From Piromyces finnis finn (Eukaryota; Fungi; Neocallimastigomycota): 42,091 bases of DNA. The DNA lies in assembly GCA_002104945.1 (NCBI GenBank), contig MCFH01000113.1, forward strand, positions 1 to 42,091, given 5' to 3'. The position numbers and the translations under genes are program-made. Numbering within the stretch: the first letter of the stretch is position 1; every line of letters begins with the position of its first letter. Shown piece after piece: positions 12,000-24,629 of this stretch. A model generated the notes under the pieces. It saw only the letters and a list, made by a program, of their open reading frames with translations, did not search any database and was not told where the DNA came from.

Positions 12000-12516
12000 C
12001 ATTTTATACAGAAACATAAAAGAGTTCTGTATTTTATCTTTAGGATTGTTATTATTATTCTATTTCCAGGTTTTAAGTTTATCATTTTTAGTAATAATTA
12101 CTCAATAGTTATTTATTAATTTATAAGTTTAAAAGAATTTCTAAAGAACACTTGGATAAAACACTAGAATTAATAATTTGATGTATACCATTTTATTTTT
12201 AGTTTATTTATTTATTTTTATTTATTTATTATTATTTTATTATTTTAGTACATTATTGGATTAAGTCGTTTTATTTTATTTAATAATTTATTTTATTTAA
12301 TAATTTATTTTATTATTATCACTATTAGGTTGTTTTTACTCAGAATTTATTATATAATAAAGAGAATATTATTTATTTAAGAAAGGGTTATATTTTCATA
12401 AAATTATTATTCATTCATTTTTAAGGGTTATCGTTTATTTTTATTATAAGTTACTATGGGTTAAGTCGTGTTTATTCAGTTAGTTTTTATTATGTTTTTA
12501 TATGAGTAGCGTATCA
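12000..12516 (-). repeat. Truncated 5' LTR of element D
   Basis: Aligns to 7259-7779 and is fused directly to the last gag codons. Confidence 0.85.
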
Positions 12517-12520
12517 AATA

Positions 12521-13301
12521 TGATGCAATATATTTCAAAAACACCATAAATAAAATATAATTGTGAACGTTAGCAATAGGGAATGAGAGTTGAATAATAT
12601 ATTAGATAATATTGTATTTATTTCTATTTTATAATAATAAAAATAAATAATAAAAACAAATAATAAAAATAATAAATTTTATAATAATATAATTAAATAG
12701 ATTTTGGTTTAAAGTTTCTTTATTTAATTATTATTATTATTATGATTATAATTATAACATTAATAACATTCAATACTAGTAGAATCGAAAGTTATTGTTT
12801 AATGAATATAAATACTTAAATATAAAATGTAAATATAAAAATATGTTGATAAAATTCTTATTAATAATAAAATATAACTTTTTGAAATAATAAAAATAAA
12901 CAATAATTATTCTTTTCTTTTATAATTAATATTTTAAACTGAATTAAATATAATAAATATATACTAAATACGTAATTAGTGACCTAAAACTAAACTGAAA
13001 TAAACTGTAACTAAAATAAAATAAAATAGAACTTATACTTAAAACTAAAATATCAAATATTATTTATATATGAAAAGTTTTTCTCTTCTTTTATATATTG
13101 TTCTTTATCACTATTTTTATATCTTTTCGTTTCTTGTGTAATTAATTATTCTAATATATGTGTAACATTTGCGTCATAATAATTTATACTAATATAGTTT
13201 AATTATTATTAACACTAGTAATTGATATACAATTTATAAAAGGATTAGATATTATTCATGAAATACTTAAAATATTATATTTTTCTATGCATCTTGTATC
13301 A
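12521..13301. mobile_element. Solo LTR family C, copy C2, 4-bp TSD AATA, 16 nt upstream of tRNA-Gly
   Basis: TGATGCAA...TTGTATCA; AATA at 12517-12520 and 13302-13305. Confidence 0.9.
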
Positions 13302-13317
13302 AATATATTAAAGTAAA

Positions 13318-13388
13318 GCGTTAATAGTATAGAGGTAGAATATTTGCCTTCCAAGCAAATGGCCCGGGTTCGATTCCCGGTTAACGCA
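13318..13388 (+). tRNA. tRNA-Gly(TCC)
   Basis: Acceptor stem GCGTTAA/TTAACGC; anticodon arm TTTGC-CTTCCAA-GCAAA; T arm CCGGG-TTCGATT-CCCGG. Confidence 0.95.
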
Positions 13389-13396
13389 TTTATAAT

Positions 13397-13468
13397 GCCT
13401 GTTTGGCTTAGTGGTAGAGCGTCGCTCTTGTAAAGCGAAGGTCGGTGGTTCAATTCCGTCAATAGGCA
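13397..13468 (+). tRNA. tRNA-Thr(TGT)
   Basis: Acceptor stem GCCTGTT/AATAGGC; anticodon arm TCGCT-CTTGTAA-AGCGA; T loop TTCAATT. Confidence 0.93.
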
Positions 13469-13478
13469 TTAATTTAAA

Positions 13479-13485
13479 TTTTTTT
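13479..13485 (+). terminator. Pol III oligo(T) terminator (T7) after the Gly-Thr pair
   Basis: First run of 4 or more T downstream of either tRNA. Confidence 0.7.
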
Positions 13486-14863
13486 CTAAAAACCCTAATT
13501 AATAAATCTTTTCTAAAATTAAGAATATTAATTTTCTTTATATAAATAATATTGTTTTTAAACTTTCAATGAGAAAGCGTATTATATTTATTACTTAATT
13601 TATATCATTAATAAAGTTTGATTAAAAATGGATTTAAAAATATAAAATATTATAAAACGCTTCTAAAAATATTTAAAAAGTTATTAAAAATTTTAATAAT
13701 ATAGATATTAAAAAATAAAGAAAATTAATATTCAATAAATTAACCCTTAAGAGGAATTGTTATTATGCAGAAAAAAGTTTTGCTTTCCGAATATTACATA
13801 CCATTTTCACTTATTAGAGAACTATAGAAGGTGTTAGATCAGCTTTGATGGAAAATTCCAGAATAAATTAAATAAAAGTTATTTACTAAATTCATTATAA
13901 CCAAGTTTATTTCTAAATTGAACACATTAATTAGGTAAGTTAGGTCAGAAGGTTCTAACCTTTTTACTATATAGTTAAAATAAATAAATTAAAATATAAT
14001 AAATATTTATATAATGACTTTAAGCCTATGACTTATTTTTATTTAATTGGCTTAAGTCATTTTAATTATTTGAGAGAGGAATGACTATTTCATTTATTTA
14101 AATTTCCATCCGCATCAAATGAACAAAGAGATATTATTTAACTTTAATAAACATAAAATCTTAATAATTATAATTAATAAATACCTCTAAAATTATTATT
14201 TAATAATATTTTAATAAAATGTTACTCTTTATTAAATGAATAAAAAATTATTTCAAAAAGTGATTATTATGTTATATTTTTAATTATAACTATATAAGTT
14301 ACATGAATTAAAAATTGAAATTGTTTTTATAAAAATTAATATAATTGTTTTGTTAAAACACAAAATTGTTTTATTAGGAACACTTGTTTTTCTAATATTT
14401 AAATATTTAAAATTTTATTTATTAAGTTATTAAATTGATTATTAAAATTATAAAAATATTAACAAAACTATATAATATTTTCCTTGTTAATAATAATAAT
14501 AATAATGATTAAAATAAGAATATTTACATTTATATTTTCTTTTAAATTTAAACTTTTTACATTAAAATAATAAAATTAATAACTATTTACAATAAAAGTA
14601 ATAAAAGTAATTAAAAATAGCAATAAAAGAAATAATAAAAATTTAAAGAATATAAAAAGTTTTTTATTTTACAATTAATTAAAGTAATAAATATTTAAAA
14701 TATTTTAATAAAAGTGTTTAATTTTATTATTTTATAACATGAATTATTATATTTGTTTACTTTTAAAGTGTAATTTACTAAAGAAGTTATTAAATATTTA
14801 ATTTAACAATTAATTTAACAGAAGTCATATATTTTGATCTCGATTAATTTTTATTTATTACAT

Positions 14864-14874
<11 letters not shown>

Positions 14875-14941
<67 letters not shown>

Positions 14942-14950
14942 GTATTAGTA

Positions 14951-15008
<58 letters not shown>

Positions 15009-15022
15009 GTATTAGTATTATA

Positions 15023-15088
<66 letters not shown>

Positions 15089-15125
15089 TTATAATTTATA
15101 AATTTAATTATTTAATTATTTATCA
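14875..15125. repeat. Long interrupted (ATT)n microsatellite followed by a family E-like LTR end
   Basis: About 210 nt of ATT with AGT interruptions, then TTTATAAATTTAATT...ATTTATCA as in E1. The start of the host element was not resolved. Confidence 0.7.
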
Positions 15126-15130
15126 TTTTG

Positions 15131-15487
15131 TGATACGTGACAAACAGAAAATACTACTTTTAGCATAAACTCCAGATCAATTTACATAAGGGTTAAGATG
15201 ATGATTGATTAATAATAATTTTAATTAATGTTAAGTTTAATTAATATAAACTAATATAATTTTAAAAAAAGGTTCTTGATTTTATAATTAAGTTCCGATA
15301 ATAAAATATAATAATAATTTAGTAATATTAATAAGTGAATAAATGGTATATTTGTATAAGAAAGATTATTGTTTAAATATGTATTATTAATAAATAAATG
15401 TACAAATACTAAGTATAATATCTTATAATAAATAAAGATAAATATTTAATAATAATAAAATGATTCTTTTGTTTATATAATAATGTG

Positions 15488-15522
<35 letters not shown>

Positions 15523-16018
15523 TAAAACACAGATAAAAATTAAAATATTTAACATGTATAAAATTATTAAATTAAAAATTATAAATGTAAACTTTTTGTC
15601 TATTTAATTGTTTATTTATTTTTAAATTAAATAGTTTATTTATTTATAATTATATTTTAAAATAATATTTTGTATAAATAGTAATAGAAAATGTTCTTTT
15701 TAAAAATTGTTCCTAATAATCCAGTAAAATTAGATATATAATTTATATAAAATAATATTTGTAATTATAGTTATATACATACGAGATGTATTGAATAATA
15801 ATAGCATATATATATTTAATAATACAAGAGTTATTAAATATTAAAACTTTATAATTAAACAAAATAATTTTATATTTTAAACTAACAAAGACTTGCAAAT
15901 GAACAAGTATCAAAATCATTTATTTTATTTTCTTTATTTCTATTTATTAAATTTTAGATACAGATATTATCACTTTCTATATTCATATATAGAATTAAGA
16001 TAATATCTTACTGTATCA
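15131..16018. mobile_element. LTR family E variant, copy E2 (inverted relative to E1)
   Basis: TGATACG...CTGTATCA; ~15490-16018 is a reverse-complement match to E1. Confidence 0.7.
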
Positions 16019-16660
16019 AAAATGATGCAATATATTACAAAAACACCATAAATAAAATATAATTATGAACGTTAGCAATAAAGAATGATATTTGAATAAT
16101 ATAATATTGTATTTATTTCTATTTTATAATATTAAAAATAAATAATAAAAATAATAAATTTTATAATAATATAATTAAATAGATTTTGGTTTAAAGTTTC
16201 TTTATTTAATTATTATTATTATTATTATAACATTAATAACGTTCAATACTAATAGAATCGAAAGTTATTATTTAATAAATATAAATAGTTAAATATAAAA
16301 TGTAAATATAAAAATATATTGATAAAATTATTATTAATAATAAAATATAACTTTTCTGAAATAATAAAAATAAACAATAAATATTATTTTCTTTTATAAT
16401 TAATATTTAAACTGAGTTACATATAATAAATACTAAATACGTAATTATTAACCTAAAACTAAACTAAAACTAAAATAAAATAAAACTAATATTTAAAGCT
16501 AAAATATCAAATATTATTTATAAATGAAAAGTTCTCCCCTCTTTAATATCTTGTTTTTTATCACTGTTTTTATATCTTTTCCTTTCTTGTGTAACTAATT
16601 ATTCTAATATATGTGTAACTTTTGCGTCATAATAATTTATACTAATATAGTTTAATTGTT

Positions 16661-17067
16661 TGATACAACTCGGTTCAATACACTCAGGATTTGTGGGTTG
16701 ACTTATATACTTTATTTATAAATTATTCAAATGCATACTTAATATTATATGATCTTAAGAATATCTTCTCCTAACTATTATATTCTTAGATAGAGACTAA
16801 TTTACTATATTTTCTACTAATTTATACCAAAATCTAACTATAAAGTTTGTTTGTTTATCTGTTTATATTAAATACTATAATTACTATAAATACTTTAATT
16901 TATCACATGATTATAAAAATATGATAAATACATTAATGTACTAAATAAAATGTACTAAAAACTACATTATAATCTATTCCAATATTACATTATTTTATGT
17001 TTATATAACATTTATAGTAATATTCAATTATATTATTAATTAAGGTTTTTAGGTTCATTTTATATCA
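16661..17067. mobile_element. Solo LTR M nested in C3, 4-bp TSD TGTT
   Basis: TGATA...TATCA inverted termini; TGTT at 16657-16660 and 17068-17071. Confidence 0.85.
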
Positions 17068-17119
17068 TGTTATTATCATTAGTAATTAGTATACAATTTA
17101 TAAAAGGGTTATATATTAT

Positions 17120-18457
17120 TGTCATGAATATTAGTGGATTCATGATTATTTATTTAAATAATGTTTAATTAATTAGAAATATTTTGCTATAAAACATTAT
17201 TAAATAATATTTAGGAGATTGTAAAGATATAATATATATCTTTAGATTATTTAATAATTAATTATTAATTATTAAATAATAAATTAATATTTAGTAAAAT
17301 TGATTATAAAATTTTTGAATAAATTTTATGGAATAATTTAATAATAAATTATTTTATAATAGTTCCGTTAAATTTAAATTAAGATAAATATTTAAATTTA
17401 AGGAATAAAAGAATTTTAATTAAATTTAAATATTTCAAATATTTTAAATAATTAAAATATATTTTTAAATACTTTTTATTTAATTTTAGAATAGATTATA
17501 CTTTTTTATTTAAATTTAGAATAGTTTAATAATTTTAACTTAGTTTTAAAAATAGATTTGTTTATATTTCAATAGGAAATATATTAAGAATAGTATTGAT
17601 AATATTAAATTAATTTATAGAAAATACATGGGCTTTATTCAATTTTGAGTTTACTCAAATTGAATTAAAAGTATAATGAATTAGTTTTAGTTTAGTTTTG
17701 TTATTTTTTTATTTAAATAGATTAGTGTTGTTTATTTTATATTAAATATATGTTTATTTAAATAGAATAATATATTAGAATATAATTATGAAAAAAATAT
17801 AAATACATGTAATTTTTGTTTATTAAATCGATGTTACTGTTATTTTCAATTTTTTAATTTTTAACTATTATATAGTTAATAATATTTTTAAGAGTTTAAA
17901 TAAAAATTTAATGTTTTATTTTTTATTTTTGTGTTAATAAAAATTGTTTTGTTTTAAGTATAAAATCTGTTTTAAATTTTATACTTTTACAGAGATATTA
18001 TTATTTTATAATTATTAAGATTTTATATTTATTAAAGTTTGAATTAATATCTCTTATTTGATTAAGAAGGAAATTAAATTATAAAATAATCATTCCTTCT
18101 ACAAATGATTTATAATATGACTTTATAATTATTAAATATAATACGAGTTTAAGAAAAAGTCATATATAAGTAATATATATTTAATTTATAGAATAGTTAA
18201 TTAATATAAACAAGTAATCATGTATTAAATATTAAATGTATTCCTTTAATATTAAAGATAGTATAAATACTTAAGAAATTTCCTAACATTAGGAATTTCG
18301 AGAGTTCATTAATTTAAATATTTACTCTAATAAAATAATAATAATTAATAAATAAAGTTAATTAATAAAATAGTATTCATTTATTTATTTAATTATTTAT
18401 TTAACAATTTAGGGTAAATTAGTACGTTCCTACCCAACAGAAGTGAAAAACCTAACA
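17120..18457. mobile_element. Solo LTR N nested in C3, 5-bp TSD ATTAT
   Basis: TGTCA...TAACA; ATTAT at 17115-17119 and 18458-18462. Confidence 0.85.
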
Positions 18458-18512
18458 ATTATTCGTAAAATATTTAAAATATTATATTTTTCTATGCATC
18501 TTGTATCAAAAA

Positions 18513-19854
18513 TGTTATGGTTCGAGGAATTTAATTTTATTTATATAATATTAATAAATTTATTAATACTCAAAAAAATAATATTAAAATCAAATAAGAA
18601 AAATCGTTTTATTAGTAAATTTGTTTTATTAGGATATAAATATAAAATTATAAAAATAAAATAAAAAAATGAAAATAAAAATATCTGTCTCTTCTCTAAT
18701 TCTTATAATATACACCTTTTTATACTTTTTGTAAAAAATTAAGTAGTGTTAATTAAAAGAATTAGTCTTTAATTATTTACATTAATTTTAGTATTTAAAT
18801 TACTTTTAAATTAATAATAAAATTACATTACTATTATAATAAATATTTATACATATTATTGAATCGATTAACATACATTAAAAGTTTACTTCAAATATAT
18901 TTAACTAAAGAATTTTACTATTTTACAGAAATATTATTCATAATTTTAATTAATAAGAATTCATTAACTTGATAAATTAAACTAAAAGTTCAATAAACTA
19001 TAATTTCCAATATATTATTATTACTAAATTAATTTTTAAGTTTCATAAAATAAAATTTAAGTTCAATAAAAATAATTATTAATAATTTTAAATATAATTT
19101 AAGTGTATACATTAATTTACAAATAAGAATGTTGTAAAGTTTTCATACATTTAGGAACAATAATGGATTGGGTCATAATCATTAATTATGACAAGAATAA
19201 CATTATTCATTGGTTCCTTAATGAAATGTAAAAAATTAGATTTATTTTATAATAAATAATCTATATTTCTTATTAAAATTAATTTATTATATTTTTTATT
19301 TAACTTTAATATTTTATTAAATTTTATTATAATACATAATGTATTTTAAATATAACGTAAATTATTGTATTTAGAAAAAATCGATTATTAGAATTTTCCC
19401 AAATCCATTCGGTTTTATTTAATAATACAATAATTGATAAGAATAGATTATCAATCGAAACTTTTCTAGTTTTTTCTTCTAATCTTTTTCTAGAAAAGAA
19501 ATTTATTAAGATTAGAACTTTCTTTTATTCTTTAAGTTTTTATATAAAAAGACCTCTTGAGTTTCATTTGAAAATCAAGAGTCATTATTATAAGAAATTA
19601 TAATAAATAACATAAATGAATTGATACACTTTTAACATTAATAAAACATTCTTATAATAAAAAATATTTTAAAACCTAACACGAACGTTATTTATTTTTA
19701 GACTCTTATAATAAACTCGATAAGTATATTTTATTTTTTCTATATCTTAGTAATTAGTTTCCATATAATTATCTCATTTTAACAATTAGTGTTAAAATGT
19801 AGTTAATAATTTTATTATGTGAAATATTAATACATGTAATAAAATCATTACACA
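18513..19854. mobile_element. LTR-like unit O (one long or two adjacent LTRs); distal half is family G-related
   Basis: TGTTATGG start right after the AAAA linker; ends CATTACACA. 19400-19720 shares G blocks (TTCGGTTTTA, CTCTTGA..TCAAGAG, ATAATAAACTCGATAAG). Confidence 0.55.
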
Positions 19855-19857
19855 AAA

Positions 19858-20521
19858 TATAGTAATTTCTTATTTTTTTAAAAAAATTACTATCTACAAT
19901 ATAATATTAACTATTAATATTGTAGTAATATATATAATATGTTTAAATAAGAAATATTGAACAAATTAAAATAGAAAATAGAAAATGAAAAACTTATCGA
20001 GTTTATTATAAAGATTTATAATAAACAACAAAACACTAAGGGTTAAATGGAGCGGAAGTTATTTAATTAAATTTTATTATCTATTAATTATTAGTTTATT
20101 AGAAGAATGTTTTACTTTATTTTTTAAAAAAGAAAAAAATGTATTTGTGTTACTTATTATAATGTATTCCTTTATAATAATAACTCTTGAATTTCTAAGG
20201 AATTTCAAGAGTGTTTTATTTATAATTTTATTAAGAAATAAGGTTAAATAAAATGGGTTCTAATCTTAACAAATGAAATGTTTAGGAAAAGACTAGAAGA
20301 AAAACCTAAACATGATTTTCGATCAATATTCTAATCATATTGATCATCGTGTAATTTTAAGTAAAACCAAATGCCTCCTTAAAGCGCAATCGGGAAAACC
20401 TTAAAATACCGATTCCTATTCTATCCGTGCTTAATACAATAACAAAAATATAATTAATACGTAATTTAAAACAATAAATGTAATGAGTATAAATAGTCAA
20501 AATTAAATATAAAAGATAAAT

Positions 20522-20553
<32 letters not shown>

Positions 20554-20828
20554 TAATTAAATGTACGTAAAGATTAATAATTAAATAAATTTATAATATT
20601 AATTAAATATATAAAAATATAATAAATAAATTTTATATTTATATAAGTGTATATAAAATTAATATTTTAAATAAATCATTAATATTAATCAAATGAATGG
20701 AATATTAAATAATTTAATAAATTATAAGTAATAATTGAATGTATAGAAAATAATAATTTAAATAAATTTTTATTAAATAATAAGAAGTATTAATTATTCA
20801 ATTATGAATAATTAATATTTCTTACACA
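19858..20828. mobile_element. LTR family G, copy G2 (inverted relative to G1)
   Basis: Reverse-complement match to 3515-4435; ends TTTCTTACACA followed by AAAA. The left boundary is approximate. Confidence 0.75.
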
Positions 20829-20832
20829 AAAA

Positions 20833-20885
20833 TGATAAATAATTAAATTTATAAATTATAAATTAACAATAATAATATTAATAAT

Positions 20886-20969
<84 letters not shown>

Positions 20970-21038
20970 TAAAATACAGATAAAAATTAAAATATTTAAC
21001 ATGTATAAAATTATTAAATTAAAAATTATAAATGTAAA

Positions 21039-21069
<31 letters not shown>

Positions 21070-21635
21070 TAAATTAAATAGTTTATATTTGTTTATAATT
21101 ATACTTTAAAATGATAATTTTGTATAAATAGTAATAGAAAACATTCATTTTAAAAAGATGTTCCTAATAATCCGTCAAAATTAGATATATTATATTAAAT
21201 TTAATAAATGGTTACTAATTATCCAAGTGAGAAAAATTAGATATTTATTTTAATAAAACAATATTTTTTTTTTATATAACTTCTATGATACATACAAGAT
21301 GTATTAATTCTTAATTATTTAATAATACGAGAGTTATTAAATAATATTATAATTTTATAATTAAATATAATAAACTTTATATTTTTAAAAATTAACTAAT
21401 ACTTGCAAATGAACAAGTATAAAAATCATTTATTTTATTTTCTTATTTTTTTTTTAGATACAAATATTATCACTTATCAAAATCACAATTCATGAAATTT
21501 GACATTTCATAAAATTTCATAATTTTGAATTATTAGTTAAATTAATTAAAATATTAATTTAATAATATTTTACTAATAATAGTATCACTTTCTATAGTAA
21601 AATATAGAATTAAGATAATATTTTCTATTGCATCA
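20833..21635. mobile_element. Solo LTR family E, copy E3 (inverted), flanked by AAAA/AAAA
   Basis: TGATAAAT...TTGCATCA; (AAT)n of about 27 units; 108-bp foreign insert at 21475-21582. Confidence 0.85.
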
Positions 21636-21640
21636 AAAAG

Positions 21641-22434
21641 TGATGCAATATATTTCAAAAACACCATAAATAAAATATAATTGTGAACGTTAGCAATAGG
21701 GAATGATAGTTGAATAATATATTAGATAATATTGTATTTATTTCTATTTTATAATAATAAAAATAAATAATAAAAATAAATCATAAAAACAAATAATAAA
21801 AATAATAGATTTTATAATAATATAATTAAATAGATTTTGGTTTAAAGTTTCTTTATTTAATTATTATTATTATTATTATTATTATAAGATTAATAACATT
21901 CAATACTAGTAGAATCGAAAGTTATTATTTAATAAATATAAATAGTTAAATATAAAATGTAAATATAAAAATATGTTGATAAAATTCTTATTAATAATAA
22001 AATATAACTTTTCGAAATAATAAAAATAAACAATAATTATTCTTTTCTTTTATAATTAATATTTTAAACTGAATTAAATATAATAAATACTAAATACGTA
22101 ATTAGTAACCTAAAACTAAACTAAAATAAACAGCAATTAAAATAAAATAAAATAAAATAGAACTTATACTTAAAACTAAAATATCAAAAATTATTTATAA
22201 ATGAAAAGTTTTCACCTCTTTTTTTATATCTTGTTCTTTATCACTATTTTTATATCTTTTCATTTCTTGTGTAATTAATTATTCTAATATATGTGTAACA
22301 TTTGCGTCATAATAATTTATACTAATATAGTTTAACTATTATTAACACTAGTAATTGATATACAATTTATAAAAGGATTAGATATTATTCCTAAAATATT
22401 TAAAATATTATATTTTTCTATGCATCTTGTATCA
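21641..22434. mobile_element. Solo LTR family C, copy C4
   Basis: TGATGCAA...TTGTATCA; very similar to C2; flanks AAAG/AAAT. Confidence 0.85.
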
Positions 22435-22594
22435 AAATGTAATAATTCCACTATAAATTATTATATAATAGAATTATTAACTACAATTTATTGATAAATT
22501 GAGAATAATAAAAAAAATAAATATTAATACTTATCTTTAAGTTCGAGTTTATTATAAGAGTAGAAATAATTTTACACTTTAATAAGTTAATATG

Positions 22595-22848
22595 TTTTAT
22601 TATAGCTAAGTTAAGTAAAATAAAATTAAAAACACTTTTATTATAGCTAAGTTAAGTAAAATAAAATTAAAAACACTTTTATTATAGCTAAGTTAAGTAA
22701 AATAAAATTAAAAACACTTTTATTATAGCTAAGTTAAGTAAAATAAAATTAAAAACACTTTTATTATAGCTAAGTTAAGTAAAATAAAATTAAAAACACT
22801 TTTATTATAGCTAAGTTAAGTAAAATAAAATTAAAAACACTTTTATTA
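22595..22848. repeat. Perfect 41-bp tandem repeat, about 6.2 copies
   Basis: Unit TTTTATTATAGCTAAGTTAAGTAAAATAAAATTAAAAACAC; GCTAAG recurs at 22605, 22646, 22687, 22728, 22769 and 22810. Confidence 0.95.
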
Positions 22849-23398
22849 TTATAATTTGTTTCTTATAATAATAACTCTTGATTCCTTAGAAGAGAATCAA
22901 GAGTCTTATTTATATTATTTAATAAATTTAAAGTTTAAATTAAAATTTTATCTAATCTTAACAAAATAATTTTTTGTTTAGGAAAAGATTAGAAGAAAAA
23001 CCTAAACAAAGTTCGATCAATATTCTATACATATTGACCATCGTATATTTTAAGTAAAACCAATTATTTTAGAAATTGGAAAAACCTTAAAATATCGATT
23101 CCTAAACAATGAATAATTATTTTAAAGTAATTAATTAAATAAATAATTAAATCTATTTGATAAAAATATAAAGTTAAATAAAAGTAATTAATTAAATTAA
23201 TTAATTAAATGCATAAATATAATTAATAAAAATATTAAATAAAATATTGATGCATAATATAATTAAATGGCTAAATGTAATTTAAGATATTAAAATTAAG
23301 TGAAAATAAATAATTAAAATAAATTTAAATGAGAATAATTATTTAAATAAACTAATATTAATTACATTAATTAATAATTAATAATTAATGATTTTAAC

Positions 23399-24625
23399 TG
23401 TAAAGTGGGCTAGGATTGGTATGTAACTTGGTCAGAATGTTTCATATAATATAACTTAATTTTCTAATAAAATATTAAATTTATTTATTATTAAATCTTT
23501 TCTTCAAAACTTATTAAAGAATTTAATTAATACTAATTTAAAATTAAATAGGTTTTTATATTTAAAATAAAAATTCTAATATAATTTAATTATGAAATTT
23601 GTTTATTAATTATTTATTTATTAAGATAATATTTATTAAGTTATATTATAATTAATAATTAATAATTAATAATCTTACAAAGAATTTCAAAATTGATTTC
23701 AATTCTTTGTTTAAATACTTTTTTCTTACATATAATAAAATTACATTGATATTAATATTGATATTAATAATAAAGATAAAAATAAAATAATTTTAAATTA
23801 AAATATTAATAATTGATATTGATATTAATAATATGAATTCATATGATAGATCTTAAGATTAATCTTTTAAATTACTTTTAAAATAAAAGTATTGTTTAAC
23901 CATTTTAAATTGTAAATACTTAATATTATAAATTGAGAATAACAATTACTGATACTAATTATATATTCTCATGAATAATTAATTAATAATTATAACTAAT
24001 GATTTTTGGATTTTTGATCCAAAGGCTTTTTGGTTTGATTATGATTGAGGTTATTAATCAAAATTATTTGAAAAATTATTAATTAATTTTTATAATTGAT
24101 TAGGTTTATAATCAAGAATATTTATTATCTAACCTTATTTAATAATAATGGAGAATTTTTAAATTGAATTATTTATAGAAAGTTGGATGACTTGAATAAT
24201 GACTTTAATTATATAAATTAATATTAATCATTTTAATATATATTATTATATATTTATTGGAACTAATTAATTCTTTAAATAGCTATATCTCAAGAACTAG
24301 TGGTCTAAATTAGCTGAAAATTTGTGAGAATATAGATCTCGACTAGTACTTCCTAATAAAATTAATTTGAAGTCTCTAGAAAAGGAAAATAGGACACGAG
24401 ATTCGGAAGTTATCACTAGTTTCGTATAGTGCATTTTCTTCTCAAGGGTTAATTTATTGAAAATTAAATTTTTGTGATCCTTAACCCTTTTCAATATTAA
24501 ATTTTTCCAAGTGATCTTTTTAATTATTTTTAAAAGTGTTTTATACTTTTTGAAATATAAATTTGATTTTTAAGTTGTTTATTTGAACATTTAGTTTATT
24601 TTTTAATCGTCTTCTATTCTTGACA
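23399..24625. mobile_element. Solo LTR family A, copy A2, TSD TTAAC (right copy split by B2)
   Basis: TTAAC at 23394-23398; TTAA at 24626-24629 plus C at 25638. Confidence 0.88.
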
Positions 24626-24629
24626 TTAA

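Larger units (their letters stand above)
6688..12516 (-). mobile_element. Ty3/gypsy element family D, internally deleted, 4-bp TSD AATA
   Basis: Direct LTRs 6688-7779 and 12000-12516, polypurine tract (PPT), and pol domains in PR-RT-RH-IN order. AATA at 6684-6687 and 12517-12520. gag, PBS and part of RT are missing. Confidence 0.85.
16023..18508. mobile_element. Solo LTR family C, copy C3, TSD AAAA, carrying two nested LTRs
   Basis: C sequence resumes at 17068-17119 and 18458-18508 around insertions M and N; AAAA at 16019-16022 and 18509-18512. Confidence 0.85.

Noticed and set aside
13256-13462. 68-aa minus-strand ORF
   Set aside because: It is antisense to the Gly and Thr tRNA genes.
13490-14870. 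Possible exon or LTR remnant near 13750-13960
   Set aside because: No sustained ORF, recognisable domain, clear termini or TSD; left unannotated.
14834-15094. 86-aa poly-Leu/Ile ORF
   Set aside because: It is a translation of the (ATT)n microsatellite.
18443-18664. 73-aa ORF, and similar ORFs at 24297-24494 and 35770-35955
   Set aside because: They span LTR junctions or the F leader with AT-biased composition; likely chance ORFs.
22595-22848. CRISPR-like periodicity
   Set aside because: The units are contiguous with no unique spacers, there are no cas genes, and the context is eukaryotic.
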